Below are positions 39,451 through 53,094 of a stretch of DNA of 64,000 bases, one piece after another. The notes beneath the pieces are model-generated. The model had not been told where the DNA came from. It searched no databases and was given only the letters and a program-made list of their open reading frames with translations. The number at the start of each line of letters is the position of its first letter. Within the stretch, counting starts at the first letter, position 1. Both the position numbers and the translations under genes were made by a program. Source of the DNA: Eutreptiella sp. 'Long Island Sound 2002' (lineage: Eukaryota > Protista > Euglenida); assembly GCA_964036045.1 (NCBI GenBank), contig OZ038378.1, positions 7,192,001-7,256,000 of the forward strand. The letters are read 5' to 3'.

Positions 39451-42399
39451 ATCCATTGCCATCTCATCAGTAGTCATTTCCTCGAGTTTGTCTGCCTCCT
39501 TAGGTGTGGCAGCGTTCTCTTGGTCGATTTTCTCGACCTCTTTATCACTCAGACACCACTCATCGCATGCCAGGTCATCGGGAGAGTGGAAGTGCCTCAA
39601 ATGTTTAAGGGCACACAGCAGTTCCTCACTAGACAGGGACTACATCACACATGGATCCTGGGTCCATTTATCTTTATTATGTGGTAGAGTTCAAAATAGG
39701 GGTCTTGCACACAGTCGCGGGGCCATGAGGGCTATCACAAATGGTGCACAAGCACCAGTTCACCTACTCTGAAGGTAGCGGGACGCCTGAGGCGATTCCG
39801 CCTGGTCAACTTACGTTCACCTACGTGTTTGAGGTCATTGGCCAAATTGGCCAAATCCTGTTTGTGTTCCAACCAATCCCCTACAAGGCTCTTGTCCTCA
39901 AGAAAGGGGGTTTTGCAAAACCAAGCAGGACGCCCCCAATGGAACAATTCGTGGGGGCTGAAACTCGTAGAGGAACTCCGTTGGGAGTTCATGGTTAGCA
40001 CTGCCCAAGGTAACAGGCACACCCAATCTTTGGTGTGTTCCTATTTCATCACATCTCTCAGCTTCTCTTCAACCACACCATTTTTGTCTCTCACACAGAG
40101 GGTTAGAAGTGTGGGTATAGGGCACACATGTGGTTACTTGGACGTTCAGTGTGTCCAACACTCGCTTGTACCACCCAGTATCGCTCCGGATGCGTACATC
40201 CTCATCTGAGTGCACCTCCTCGGTCTCTAGAGTCACTTTGATTGCTGGCGCGACAGCCACAAGCGTCCACAATGGACTGCATACGCGACTTGAGCTCAGA
40301 GTGGGTTAGTCGGGAGAAAAAACACTCCGTGAAGAAATCCGTTGAACAGTTACAGCCTCTGTGTCCTGAACTGGGATGAGCCCAATGTAGGCAACCATCG
40401 AGTCGTGCCTCAGGCACAACTATCGGGTCCTCAAAATAGAGGTACTGGTTGTCTTTATAGCATCAGTCACCGTCTATAAGACGGCCTCTAGGCCATCACT
40501 GAGGGTTCGGAGTACACACCGGTACTCCTGTTGGTAGTCCTTCAGACTCCAGCCCTCTAGGACTCTAGCAGTGCGCATGGACATGTCCAGCTGGACATCC
40601 ATACGCTGGAACGCCACTTTAGCAAGCAACTCGGAGCTCTCACCCAGGAGGGCATCAAAGTTGTTTCGCGAAATATAGTCAGCCAATTCGTTTTTTATAC
40701 CTTGTATGTGGTGGACACTCAATCTGAACTGATTGAGGTAGGTCCACCATCGCTTCAGCTTAGCCTTCTCAACAAGGGGACCCTTTTGAAAGGTTTTTAC
40801 TGGTTCTTGGTCACCAAGCCACACAATAGGGTTAGTCCCAAGGAGGCGAGACTAGGAAGAGAGCACGAGCATCCCAGCCAGGAGTTCTTGGTCGTGGGTG
40901 TTGTAGTTGGATTGTGCTTGATTCCATTTCCAGTTCCAGTGCCCCGGGGGGACTAGACGCCATTCATTGGCAGGGTAGTCATGCTTCAGGGACCCGTCAT
41001 GGTTCCAACCAGAAGTGTGGAAGTGGCAGTGAGACAACTCAGTCGGGTTGAGCTCCTGCCATTGGTATAGGGTACCCCGCCCCCCTACATCACAGGCATA
41101 TGTGATGAGTACAATCTTGCCCTTAGGGCGAGGTACCCGCAGGCAATTGGTAGAAGAAGTATTCTTCTTCAGTTCCTGGAAATAGGCTTCTTCCTTGGCG
41201 GTCCATCGCTAGGGGTTGCTGTTTTTTATGAGGTGAGTCACGGGGGCTGATAAATAGGTAAAATTGTGTATGTGGTGTCCGTAACAATTACATGCCCCAA
41301 TAAAATTGCGGACATCGTGTAAACCCTTCTTAGAGTCATCACGGATTTTCATGTCCAGTAGGGGTTGCATCTTCGATGCAGCTGGTTTCCACCAGCCATA
41401 TCCCACATCAAAACCTAAGTGCTCCATCTCTTCTCGCATGAACTCGCATTTCTCGATTTTACTGTGGAGATGCTTTTCCTAGCAGACAGTGAAAAGTTCT
41501 TGTAGGAGGAGGATATGATCCTCCTGGGTATAAGGACAAGCTGACATCATCGATGTGTGCCTCCATTTCAGCCCCGCGGGAAACGAGCTCCTACATCAAG
41601 GTTCTTCGTCTCAGGATATATAAGATTTTCTTCATTAGCTCCTGAAAAAGAGCAGGAGCATTAGCAACACCGAAGGGCATGACCTTCCAGCGGAAGACAC
41701 GGCCTTCAGGCGCCACAAATGCGAGCAACTCTTGAGCTGCTCGGGTCAAGCCAACCTGCCAGAATCCACTGCGCTTGTCCATTTTATTTTTATAACAACA
41801 ATTAGCCATACATTCCAGGGTGTTCTCCATGTTGGGATACTCCCTGAGTGATTCTCGGTCTTCTTATTGACAGATAGAATATATATATATATATAGAACA
41901 TATAGAAACAGGCATGTTGTTGGGAGAGGGTTTAGCGCCAAGAACCTTACCTATTGGGCTATCAAAGAGCCGCATTGACAGAACAATATGGTCGTAAGAC
42001 ATAGCACTGGTGGATTCGAGGTCCACCTCTTCTAGGAGCAGTTGTGCCAGGAAGGCACTGTGCTTCAAGTTTAACACCTCCGAGTCGACCGGTGGTATCG
42101 CGATGGCGATCTCACTTAGGTGGTCGTCAGCATCAGCCATCGGAGGAGAGATTGCAGCAGTCTCCACTTCATCGTAGCTCTCGTTACTCGTAGTAGTGAC
42201 CCAAGGGTACTCAGATGATCTCTTCTTGAGGTCATGCAGGGTAAGGCCACGGTTTTTGGCCATCAACTCCTTGAGTACTTCCTGGTCAAGGTCACTCACG
42301 AGTACGGGGTTCAAAGAGCCATCAACGGTGGACACGAAACTACCCCATTCAGGGGCAGGCATAGTCTCCTGAGGGTCTTGAGGAACATATGCAAGGGCT

Positions 42400-42740
42400 G
42401 CTGGGAAGTTCAGTCCTCCCCACAGTCATACGGTCCAATAGCCGCCTCCAGTAGGCGTGTTCCCTTGTAGTACCCCAATCAGGGGTGCACAATACCACTC
42501 TCGCTCCTTCAAGCGATCTTAGTTAAGACCTTGGCAAGCTAGGAGAATGGGGGGTTAGCATAGCACAACCCGAGAACTCTTCAGGAGGAACGATAGGCAT
42601 TGTTGAGGTTCTGCGAACAGTAGAGCCACATCAAATGCTACTCCTTGCTCGCGAACACTTCCACCTGAAGGTCATTCAGGTCCACCTGTAGGGCGGCCAA
42701 TCCATTCTCGAGGACTGACCGAACCAATTGATAGTAGGAC
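42400..42740 (-). pseudogene. Dam-like DNA N6-adenine methyltransferase domain within the gypsy pol
   Basis: Seen: QVEVFASKE*HLMWLYCSQNLNNAYRSS*RVLGLCYANPPFS*LAKVLTKIA/EGARVVLCTPDWGTTREHAYWRRLLDRM, with NPPF at 42545-42556. Established: DLFAS-like and NPP(Y/F) motifs mark amino-methyltransferases of the phage Dam type. Confidence 0.75.
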
Positions 42741-45700
42741 CGGTTCACGTAGCGTAGACCGGATTCTTTCCATCCTGACAGCTCCAGAGGGACAGAGAAG
42801 AGGCCACTGCCAAAGTCGCAGTGTAGGGCGCAGGGGCGTTGCAGAGACAACAACTTCACCTAGGGGTTTCGGCGCAGAAAATCTGTGCCAATGACAATGT
42901 CAAAGGCGTCTGTATCCGGCACTCTGCAGTGCTGGGTCACCTGTTCATGCATTGCCCTGACGTGCTGTCACATCAACCCCACCCAGAGAGTGTATAGTCC
43001 TGCCATCCCCTACCCTTATGGCCACTGTTTTGGTTTTCTGGATCTTGGCGGGTTTTAGCAATCAGCTGGCCACGATAGACATTGTGGGTCCTGCGTCTAA
43101 GACTGCCTTGAAAACCTGATCGCCAATCTTTACCATGATCCAAAAAACCAAATCATCTTCCTCAGAGCCGCCCCCCTATCCCTCTTCAGGGAACTTCACC
43201 TCCACCCCGGCCTTCATGAGGCTCTTGGCCATCCAGTTGAGACGGCGCTTCTTGGTGTTGGCTCCATTACCCTGGCTGCTTCTGCTAGCCGCTGGGGTTG
43301 AGGGGGGTGCTACACGCTTCTCACCCTGCTGCTCTTTGCGAGGGGCAGGGTTAGAGTTACCTCCACTACTTGTGGGGGGGGGCTGATGACCGCCATCCTC
43401 CTCCCGCCTTGTTCGTGCAAGGGCTTGAAAATGACCCCTACACGTTTGCCACTAGTGTGCAGCACCGTGGCCACATGTGAGCGCTCCTCGAAGAGCGCCT
43501 TAAAGGTGTGCTTCCCCACTCCCCACGCAATGTTAATAGGGGGGGGGGAGGGCAATGAGGGGAAAGGAGGAGGGGGGGGGGGGACTAGTCTTGCCGCATC
43601 ACACCATCTTCTTCCTCTGCCCCTCACTCGATAGCAACACCACGGGATCCAGGGTGCAGCACAAGTGGACCGGCTGCTCCCCCTCGGGTGGCGGGCGTGC
43701 AGCCTGCAGCGGAACCTGCAGGGGCTAGGATGTAATTCTATATGGCCTGGTTCAAAGACAGGGGCCGCGGACATTTGGGCCGGCCAGCCACTTTGTCACC
43801 AGGAGCAGTTTTGTGGATGACAATTGTTGTTTGTTTGACAAAGACTTTTGCCCAGCGCAGGCCATAGACCATTGGGGGAGTGTTGTAGTGGCAAACCTCC
43901 TCCCATCCACCAAAATCACCCTTCCCCCACCCCCCACACCCGTCTCCTTCTTTACAATTCTCCCATCAGCGCCTGTCCATCTGAGCCAGCAGCTTCCACC
44001 ACTGGCTCTTCAATTTCCAAGTGTGCACGGTTCACAAAACTTGACCGAATATCCCACGTGTGCCCATTCAAACTGAGCCGCATCATACTAATCAAAAGCC
44101 AAACAAGTGTCCATGCATGTAACCCGGATAATCCTTATCCCAAAATCTGAGATCTGTGGCACACAAATGCTCCTCCTCTAGATCTGCAAGTCCCCAGATG
44201 CCGTCTGTTGTATCTGTCCCATGTTGTCCTGATATCCTGTACCTGCAACAAAGATGGGCGCCTTCAGCCCTCTTGGGCACGACTGTGCTTCCCATTTTGG
44301 TGGCCTTTTTCTTCCTACTGAGCACAGCTTTGGTTGTCAGTTGCAGAACTGCCAATGAGTGATTGCAGTTGATGACCAGACAGCAGAAGATGATGCTTCA
44401 CTGATGGTGATTTGGCGCTGGCATTGGAGGTGGTAGTGACTGTGTAACGGTTCATGGTTTTTGTTCTTTGACAACAGCAGCCCGTCTTGGGGTTCCCGAG
44501 TTTGAAACATTTTGGGTTTATCTCTGGTAGCATCTCCCATGCTTACTCGGGGTTGTCCAAAGATTTGGCTGCTGGAAGCAGCTGCAAGTCTTGCAGCTAC
44601 TCAAATGACTGTTTCTGCACTATTGTGATTGGTTCGTTGATGCTATGGGCAGCAAGAAGGGGTTCAAGTAACGGGTCATCCAAGAATCCAAGACCATTCC
44701 AGAAAATTGGAGTGTATGATTTTGAATTTGAGGGCTTTGGGTAAATTGTTGTTGATGTCAATACCCACCCAGCATTGTTGAAAGACAGGAATCACTTCAG
44801 ATATCAATACCCACACCGAAATCTTCTCAGTGGACCAAAAACAACACCCCATTGCATTTTGCTACATGTGCTTCATTCCCATGTTCACACATTCTCCTCT
44901 AGTGCATAAGTTTGAATTTTGAACTTTAGTGCAGCCGCGGGTGTGCAGCCTTCGCAACGCTTCCCCTTTTGTTTTGTTTGGTGTCTGCCACTAGCGGGAA
45001 GGGGGCATTTCCGATAGGTTTTCCTGGGTGTCTCCCTCACGGCTAGTCCTCCCATTTTCCCCTAGGGCCTGACCGGTGGCGCGTTCCCCTGGGAGATGCC
45101 CTCACGGCTCTGGCCCTTTGGTTCTTTTTTCAAAGATTCCTCTGGCCCACCCCTAACCCTGGTACAGCTTTTTGGGCACCTACAAGCAGGCTTTGTGCGG
45201 AGAGCTTCACCGACAACAAAGCATTTTCATCAACCGCCTTCAACCACTTCCCATCCTTCATAGGTATGTAGTACCCACTCGGCTCGTGGGTGTATTGGGT
45301 TGTCGTCTACCCATGGCTGGAGGCCAAGGGGCGAGCTCCGCGTGTCCAGATCCGTCATGGTTGTCTTTGTACGTGGAGGCCATTGACCCAAGGATCTTAG
45401 GGTTCCGCTATCTTTTTCTTGTGGTCAGGACACCCAAGGAGGGCCTGTGGTTCCCCACACCAAGGCAATGCCGATTGTTTGGGGTGTGTTGGTGTTTCTT
45501 CTGCCAATCTTATCTCACCCAGCACCCAAACTCATTTTGCCCAGGTGGATTTTCAAGGTCCTGTGCAACCGCTTCTTAACCGTACGATTGCACAGCAGTC
45601 GAACAACCATTTGACCTACAGGAAATTTAAAAATGAACAATTGCAGGATGGCACCAACTGCCACCAGAATTGGGACTACAAATCTGGGTTGACCATCACA

Positions 45701-45959
45701 ACAACATCGGAATTAGGTTTTATTTCATCAAAAGCGGACGTAGTAGGCGAGAGATATGAGATGGAAACGTTTTTGGGCAGCTGCACAGCCGCTAGAGCTG
45801 CCGGAACCTCTACGTAGAAGGTTGGATATTGAGCTTCTCCGGTGCGTTTGCTGGCTGGCCAGGGTGGTATTGGTGGTGCATTGCTGTGCATTTGAGGTTT
45901 CCTGCATCCGGTGGATCCACTGTACCAGGTATCACACATAATACTTCAGTTTTTCGTAG

Positions 45960-46200
45960 TTTTAGTCCTGGATTAGGCAGAAAGACAAGGTACCACGACA
46001 TGGAATGAAAGCTTTGTGCATGGATTGTAGCAAGAAGGAATAAGCGGGTCATTGTGACCAAGGAGATGTGCTTGGCTTTGAAGAAATGAGACAGTGCATC
46101 AGACACTGAGATTGTGTGGGGCAGAAAGTGCGCTTGGTGTATGGGGATTGCAGATGTTTTTGCCAACGGAAAATTGTATTTCATGCGCGATGTTCCTGAG
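45960..46200 (+). mobile_element. Possible pogo/CENP-B-type HTH transposase remnant
   Basis: Seen: GRKTRYHDME*KLCAWIVARRNKRVIVTKEM. Inference: resembles GRK.KY..LE..L..WI...R....VT..M of Tc5/CENP-B HTH domains. No DDE domain or TIRs seen. Confidence 0.4.
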
Positions 46201-49200
46201 GCAGACTGCCTGCCACAGGGGCTGGAGCCCCCTGCCAAGCCCCCTGCCAAGCCTGCACCCAAAGCTGCCAAACTTCATGCCAAACCCTCAACTAAGAGTG
46301 CAGCCAAACATGCTGCCCAGGTGGCAGCCCAGCCTGCAGCTGGAGACCCCTGTTGAGCATGTGCAGCTCTTCAGAGTCAAATACTTCCGCCAGAAAAAGT
46401 GGCACACAGAGCCTGTCTCTCAGTAGAGCTGAACACGTATCCCAATAGGCAGTTTCTGGCTCATTTTGTGGTTCATCTGCCCTCGTGTCTGCATGTTATG
46501 TTTCGTGTTGTGGGGGCGAGGCATCCGTCACTCGGGGTATGTTCCCTCGGGGGTGCGAGGATACCGTCACGCGTCGGAGATTACTGTGCAACGGGGAGGG
46601 GGGGGGGTAAGCTATTTGTCATCAACAATTGCCGTCTGATGTTTGATGCTCGATAGATTTGCAGCATCACAAACACACATGCCACAGGCCCAATACAAAT
46701 GACACATGAGGCAGGGAGGGAACAGACACCATGCACCGAACAATTTGCAGACAAACACACACACGCACACACACTCACACACGAACATAGAATGCAATGC
46801 AATGCGTTCGTTGTGGTTGTCGGTGTCATCGTGATGATTGGCAGCGGCTCTTTGGCTTGGCTCTTCTTTCGTTTTGCTGCTGCGTCTCACATTCTGGTGG
46901 CTAGCGGATTTCAAACTCAAACGTGGGCAAAATTTGAAATTCTTCCACACTTTTAAAACCATATGGAGCCATTGTCATGATTTTCAGGATTACCCCATGA
47001 AATGCCGGCTTATGCTGTGCCAGCGCCAAGGGCACCTACTTCAGGGAGGATTTCACAAATTTCGGGCAGTACCATTTTCAAAATCATTTCGGGCAATGCA
47101 ATTTGTATTCAGGACCTCAGGGTAGATGGCATGACGGAGGGCCTATCTCAACAACCGGTCACTGGATTGCATACAAACATTCATAGATGCATACATGGAT
47201 GCATACATGTATGTATGCATGTGTGCAGGTATGTATGTTTGTAAGGATGTTATGTGTGTATGTATGGTTGTACTGGTATATGCTAATTTCTACATAGTTG
47301 GGAAAACCAGCGACATTCTTTACATAGACAAGGAATACGGTTGCATACAGCAATGTACAGCTAGTGTACATAGTATACAGTAGTATACAAAAGTATGGTA
47401 TACTTCACCTACAGCGAATACAGCAGTATATAGTATATAGTATACAGCATGGTATACAGCACACATACAGCAAGAATACTGCAAGCATACTGCAGTATAC
47501 CAGGTATACTTGTCGGCACGTTGGACCACGTTTTGGGGTACACTTGGTATGCAGTCACCCTTCTGCAACCCCATGGGCAGTTAGTAGTATAATTTGTTTC
47601 TCAGTTTTTGTTGTTTGCGAGGTAACTTCATGCACCCCGTGTGCTTTGTCTTTGGGGAGCTGAGTTGTGTAGTTGCATGGGGAAGGACAGCATGGACTCT
47701 TGTGCGCGTGTGTGTACACGCTTCACCCTTTCCTCCTCAACGGAGGCAATAACAAATGGTCTAATTTGTGTTCTCTTTCAACTTGTGCGTGTTTCAGTCC
47801 GTGGAGGATTTGATCCGGGCTGACCAGCAAGGACACCCCCAATCTCAGTCTCCCATTGCATTCTGGTTGTTTCCGAGATCTGCTGCAATAGGGGCGGACG
47901 CAACCTGCAGCATGCTTTTTTTTTATACATGCGGACATTTTTGTGTCAATGCCAACACATACCGTTGTTGCACATAGGGTTATGTATATTTTTTGAAAGG
48001 GTAACAAAAATTTGCATGCACTCACACTATTTTCTGCCCTATTTTGTGGAATTCAACGCTGAAACAGGCACAACAAGAATAGACGAATTTACGCAACGAA
48101 GATAATGTGTTGAAAAGAGTTATACGATTCTCGCATTACGGCATCAGCTTCAATTTCTCAAGATTTTTCTAATTTTCTTTATCATCGCTACCTAAAATGG
48201 CCACGCGGCGACAGATCGCTTGCACCAGATTATGCAAATAACCTTGTGTACGGCGAAGAGAATGTTTTGATGGCATGGCGTTAGGGTAATCCAGCTTGTT
48301 TGGTATTTCAACATTGGATGTTTTGTTTTTTAAGGTTAGTGGAATGCGCAATGGCTAGCATACCAAGGTTTTGCAACATTACAACTTCCAAACTCTACGT
48401 TAAGTGCCAAACGATGGTAATAGGTGTCCAACCAGTTCATTAAGGACTGAAACTAGTAGCTACTGCAACTCTGTTGAGTACGGAGGGATTCATGGGTTAA
48501 CATGCAACACAGCACATACCATTGTGCAAATTTAGACCTTAGCATCAAACACCCATTGCTTAAAGCCACCAAAACAATACGTTTCACCATTCTTTTGTGC
48601 GGAAAAAAGGTTCTGTTGCACATTCGTTGCGTGATGTGCATACACTATGTAGTATTGTGTGTAACGTAGGTTGTCTTTGGACAATCCACAATTGTAGAAA
48701 ATGTCAATCAATCACACTTTGCCTCGTCAAAGATGTTGTACGATGATGTCGATGTGCTCAAAAAAACCTCAAAAAAGGTTTCATCACAGGTGCATTCAAA
48801 GAAGCTTCCACAAAAGCAAATAAACATTGGGGCATCCAACGTAGCAAATGTACTTTTCTGCTTTCAAGCAATATCACATAAGTGCTTCACAACGTGTTCT
48901 CTGGGAACTACATTCCGTTTCATGCACTATGGAATTGAGAGTCGGAGCTCTTATTAAGCAAGGCCTTGAGCCCTCAACCCTCATTTAAGAATAATGAAAC
49001 ACATACTTTTAACGAAGGAATTATATCTGAAGGTCATCCACATCATAAATGCCTCTCGTTGTCTGATTGATCACATTATTTACAACCATGCCACGGAGCT
49101 ATGAAATAGGACATGTCTTGCCCTTTACGTTTTGCAATCATTCGCCCATAAAAGCAAAATCGCTAGTTGTCCCGAGTTGGATTCATCCTCTACCAATTTG

Positions 49201-52200
49201 TTTAACTGCGGGCGTCTTATGGCCCATACATTGCAACCGGACTTTTTGGCCCAAGATGGTGAGAGACATTGATACTGCGAACCTAAAGAGGTGCTCATAT
49301 CTTTTCAAGTCAAAGAGTGCCATGATTGGGTATGATAGACCTACCACCATCTAGGTAGAACGTAACCTACAGTTTTAAAAGAGAATGTGCCTCCTACCAG
49401 AGCCCGTATTGGCAACATAAATAGACCATATGCCGATCATTTGTTGCAAAGCAACCATGTCTCTCAAAAAAAAGGGTAACACATGCACCACTTGCCGGCC
49501 TTCGAGCTTGGGGGGTCTCAGATATTGTTAAACGTTGTTGTGTTGCCTGACAAAGAATGCTGTGCCTTACATTTGGTGTTGGATGACCGCCCCGAGAAGT
49601 CGACATCCACCAAAGTCGTGCAACATGTGTTTTGACGTTGCAATGCAAAAGCTTCATTCCAAAAAAGGCAATTGCCTTATGCCTCAGCATTTTCATCGAA
49701 AATCAAAGAAGATTACAAAACATTCCTTGACTTTGTGATGCAAAATAACACTCTGAAAAGAGGTTTCGAATATCAAATGCCATGACTTTCAGCGCTCCCA
49801 GTAGATGGCTTGATGGTTCACAGCTTTGAACCCTCTTTTGTTTGCATGCACCTATGTATGCTGATTCATAATGTAGCTCTCTCTTTGCATTTTTTGATGT
49901 GTTCATCTAGATTCCTCTTTTGTAGACCACATGGAGAACAAATAGTCATTTTCAAGCGTCATGTGGATGGTGTTACCAATTTTCTTGTACTGTGAATGCC
50001 TATATGGGGTGATACCATATAAATTTTGGAAACTTGAAATTTTGAAATCAGCCAAATTTATACAAATTTGTACACCTTCCCACCGGCGCTTCAACTATTT
50101 TGTGCGACCTTCATCTTGGCAACAGAGCGTTAATTTGAAGAGCACTGTCTTTGGAGACACATCTGTAGCTATATGGGCCAGACCGTTGCAAAAAACGGCC
50201 CTCTAACTTGATGAACACATGAGCTTCCTCTATTTCAATGTCCTGGACACATCCTGGGCTATCATCATTGATAAACCATATCCTATATGAATCCAATCAA
50301 TCTGTTGTCTGGTTGAAAAACACTACATTCTACTCAGCGGCCAAAACATATCCATTCCCATCCTTGTGGCAAAACCAAAATGTCATGTGTTAGGGCATTA
50401 TTCTTCAATGAAAAATTATTTGTGTTGTAGAATACCACAGTTTGATGCAACTTCAGATCTTGAAAACCAAGTACCCCCTTTGTAATAGCTACCGAAAAAT
50501 CCCAAATTAATACGGCCCCTACACCTACTGTAGCTTAGACACAGCCGTAGCTTGCGCGTCCCACATACATGGGGAGCTGATACATACATGCGGTGCTGGT
50601 GCGAGAAAAGGGAATATAATGCAGAAACAAACAAATATCCCGAAAATCAGACCTACGCGGTTCAACTGGGTGAACACTCACAGCAAATGTATCCAGGGCC
50701 CTATGTAACTGGCAAATTTGTCACCAAACCCATGTCTTATGTGGCTGCACTACATTTGTACCGAATAAAATTAGGTGCCAAATTAATACAGTCCCTACGC
50801 ACACTGTGGCTTGGACCGGGGCATAGTTTTCACAGGGGGGGGGTGGGGGGTGAGAGCGGTCACAAAAACCCATCACGAATGGCACAAATACAAAGTAATG
50901 CTGCACAAAGAACACCATTGGCGTGTGAACATCCGTCAAGGAATGAAGATTGTGCACACAACAATTGCACATCTGAAAGCATTGAAGTTTGTAATCAGCA
51001 CCGAGTGTAGCCTTCTTTGGTAGAGATTGGTTTAACCTTGGTACATGCACAGGTACTAAAACACAAAAAAATTCTTCCTTAGCAGATCAATGAGAAAAGA
51101 AATCAATTTAAGCCGCATCAAATCAACATGAGCGCTGGGGGGATATGTCTCTCAAGCAAGCAAAGCAACAGGGCCAAGGTTTCGGGTAGGGGGGGGGGGG
51201 GGAGGCCTGAATCGTTCTGGGTGTTTCTCAACATGCGTTTTTATTTGGCCCCTTTTACTGGTGTACCTGAGGTTCCATCCCCCCCCCCCCCCCCGCAACT
51301 CAGTCCCAATATTCAGTCTTGATTACGACTAGGCTTAGGGTTGGGGTGGCTGTAGCGTCAGAGTTCGGGTTAAGGATGGTGTTGGGGTGCAAAGAGAACA
51401 AAAACTTCCTTTGAGCACCTTTGATGCCCGTGGAGCCTCAGGGCCTTTGGATCCCATGGAGTCCTGAGGCCAGTACCTTTGGGAACTAACTGGTGGCCGG
51501 AGGCCCCCTTGGTGCAGTCCCAGTGTGTGCCCAAATATTCCGGCCATCTATCCCAATGCTTTACCCTGTCAAACCCAGCTTGGGGTGCCCTTTTCAAAAT
51601 TGCAAAAGCACAATTCATTCATGCATGATTGGAAGAAGTGGTCACGAGGGAGTAAAATGGAATGAAAATTGGAAGAAGTGGTCGCGAGGAAAATATTATC
51701 CGCTCTTGGAATCATTGCTTGCTCTCTTGGGCACTACAATGAGTGCCCAAATCCTATTGTGCTAGGCGAGGTCAGAAAATCCCATACAGATACATACCCC
51801 CAAAATGGTTGAAGGGGGGACAGTGGCCATTGAAACTTTGCCCGGCGCGCCCAGCGCGCTAACGTTCCCTCTTAGTACCCGCGGAGCCGGCAACCCAACA
51901 TGGCTCCCACTCTACAGGGGCTGTATGAATGAAAAATGCTTTTTGGGAATAAAGTTATTGGGTAATGCCAGAGCATCACTTCATGCAGCAAAATATGGAA
52001 GCTGCCACAGAGCAATATTGCCGTCCCGAATACTGCAAGGCGATAGAGTCACATTTGGAAAAAGATTCTTGGTGACCAATATGGTCATGGGACCTGATAC
52101 CATACAGCCAACAAGAATACTGTTCAATATAAGCCACAGCACACTGGGAGAACAGGTGCACGGTGCGCGCACGGTGCGCACCGTTTTGGGCAATCACACA

Positions 52201-52929
52201 GCTTTCACCCCCCAACCCTCATTTGCACTGCTGCGGTTGTGGAAACAGGGGTACCGGCGCAAACTCAAAACAATGACATTGTGTTGCTGAGCTATAGCCC
52301 AAGGAATAGCATGTACAATGCAGACCTCATGGCATGTAGGGTGAAAGGGGGTACCAGCTCAGCAACACAGCACCTCACAAGGGCAACAATAAAGCAGAAC
52401 AATGGTGTCATGATGTGCATCACGGTGTGCACACGGCGCGTCCCGTTCTCCCAGTAACCCAGTGCACCCCTTTTGCTCCACCTGACTTGACTGTTGAAGT
52501 GGCGAGGCAGCTATGTTGACCATATCCACGTGCAAACCACTGCAAACAGTGTGTTTGTCCGTTTGAAGATATGATGGTGTAGTAGGGACCTGAATGGTGC
52601 AACCAGGTTTGTTCCCCATCAATGGTAAGGCAAACATTATCTGAACAACCTCTGCCACTGCGACACAGAATCGAGAGGCAAACAATGTGCACTTAACCGA
52701 GCCATCTTGGGGTCTCCAAAATTGAGAGGACTGAAAAGGGCTTCAAAAGCTCTGCTGTCTCGAGCAGGAAGCAGGGAGGACTGAAATTCCCGTGTCCCAA
52801 AAAACACCCTACACAAACTGCAAACCCCCTGCACATGCAGTCCCAACCCTCCCTTAAGAGAAAAAACAAAGTGTTCCAAAACGGCAGTTTTGCAAAAAGA
52901 CCGCGTGTAGCTCATATGTTCAACCATGG

Positions 52930-53094
52930 TGGCGATTGGCGGTTGGTGATTGGCAGTTTGCGGTTGGCAGTTGGTAGCAGTTGGCGGCGGTTGGCGGTTG
53001 GTGGGGGTCGATGGTTGGCGGTTGGTGGTCTCTGGGGGCAGTCCTTAAGGGCGGTCCTTAAAAAAAAATGGGGTTCCTTAAGGACCGCACTGCC
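52930..53094. repeat. (GGCGGTT)n-like tract followed by a nested inverted repeat
   Basis: Seen: ggcagt (53037-53042)/actgcc (53089-53094) enclosing gcggtcctta (53051-53060)/taaggaccgc (53079-53088). Confidence 0.6.

Larger units (their letters stand above)
38358..43790 (-). mobile_element. Decayed Ty3/gypsy chromovirus: gag remnant, PR, Dam-like MTase, RT, RNase H, INT, chromodomain
   Basis: Seen: PR KAVLDAGPTMSIV (~43070-43137); RT KMDKRSGFWQV...WKVMPFGVANAPALFQ, AHIDDV, MEHLG (41200-41800); RH NYNTHDQELLA, RWWTYL, IQGIKNELADYISR; INT VHSDED...NPLCERQ; chromodomain. The left boundary TGTAAGG at 38358 is only a candidate LTR end, and no second LTR was found. Confidence 0.85.

Noticed and set aside
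43800-46600. 5' LTR of the gypsy element
   Set aside because: No sequence matching 38358-39250 was found by eye; the element appears truncated after gag.
48246-48263. HSLRR tyrosine-recombinase box II motif
   Set aside because: It is an isolated pentapeptide with no supporting box I or catalytic Tyr context.
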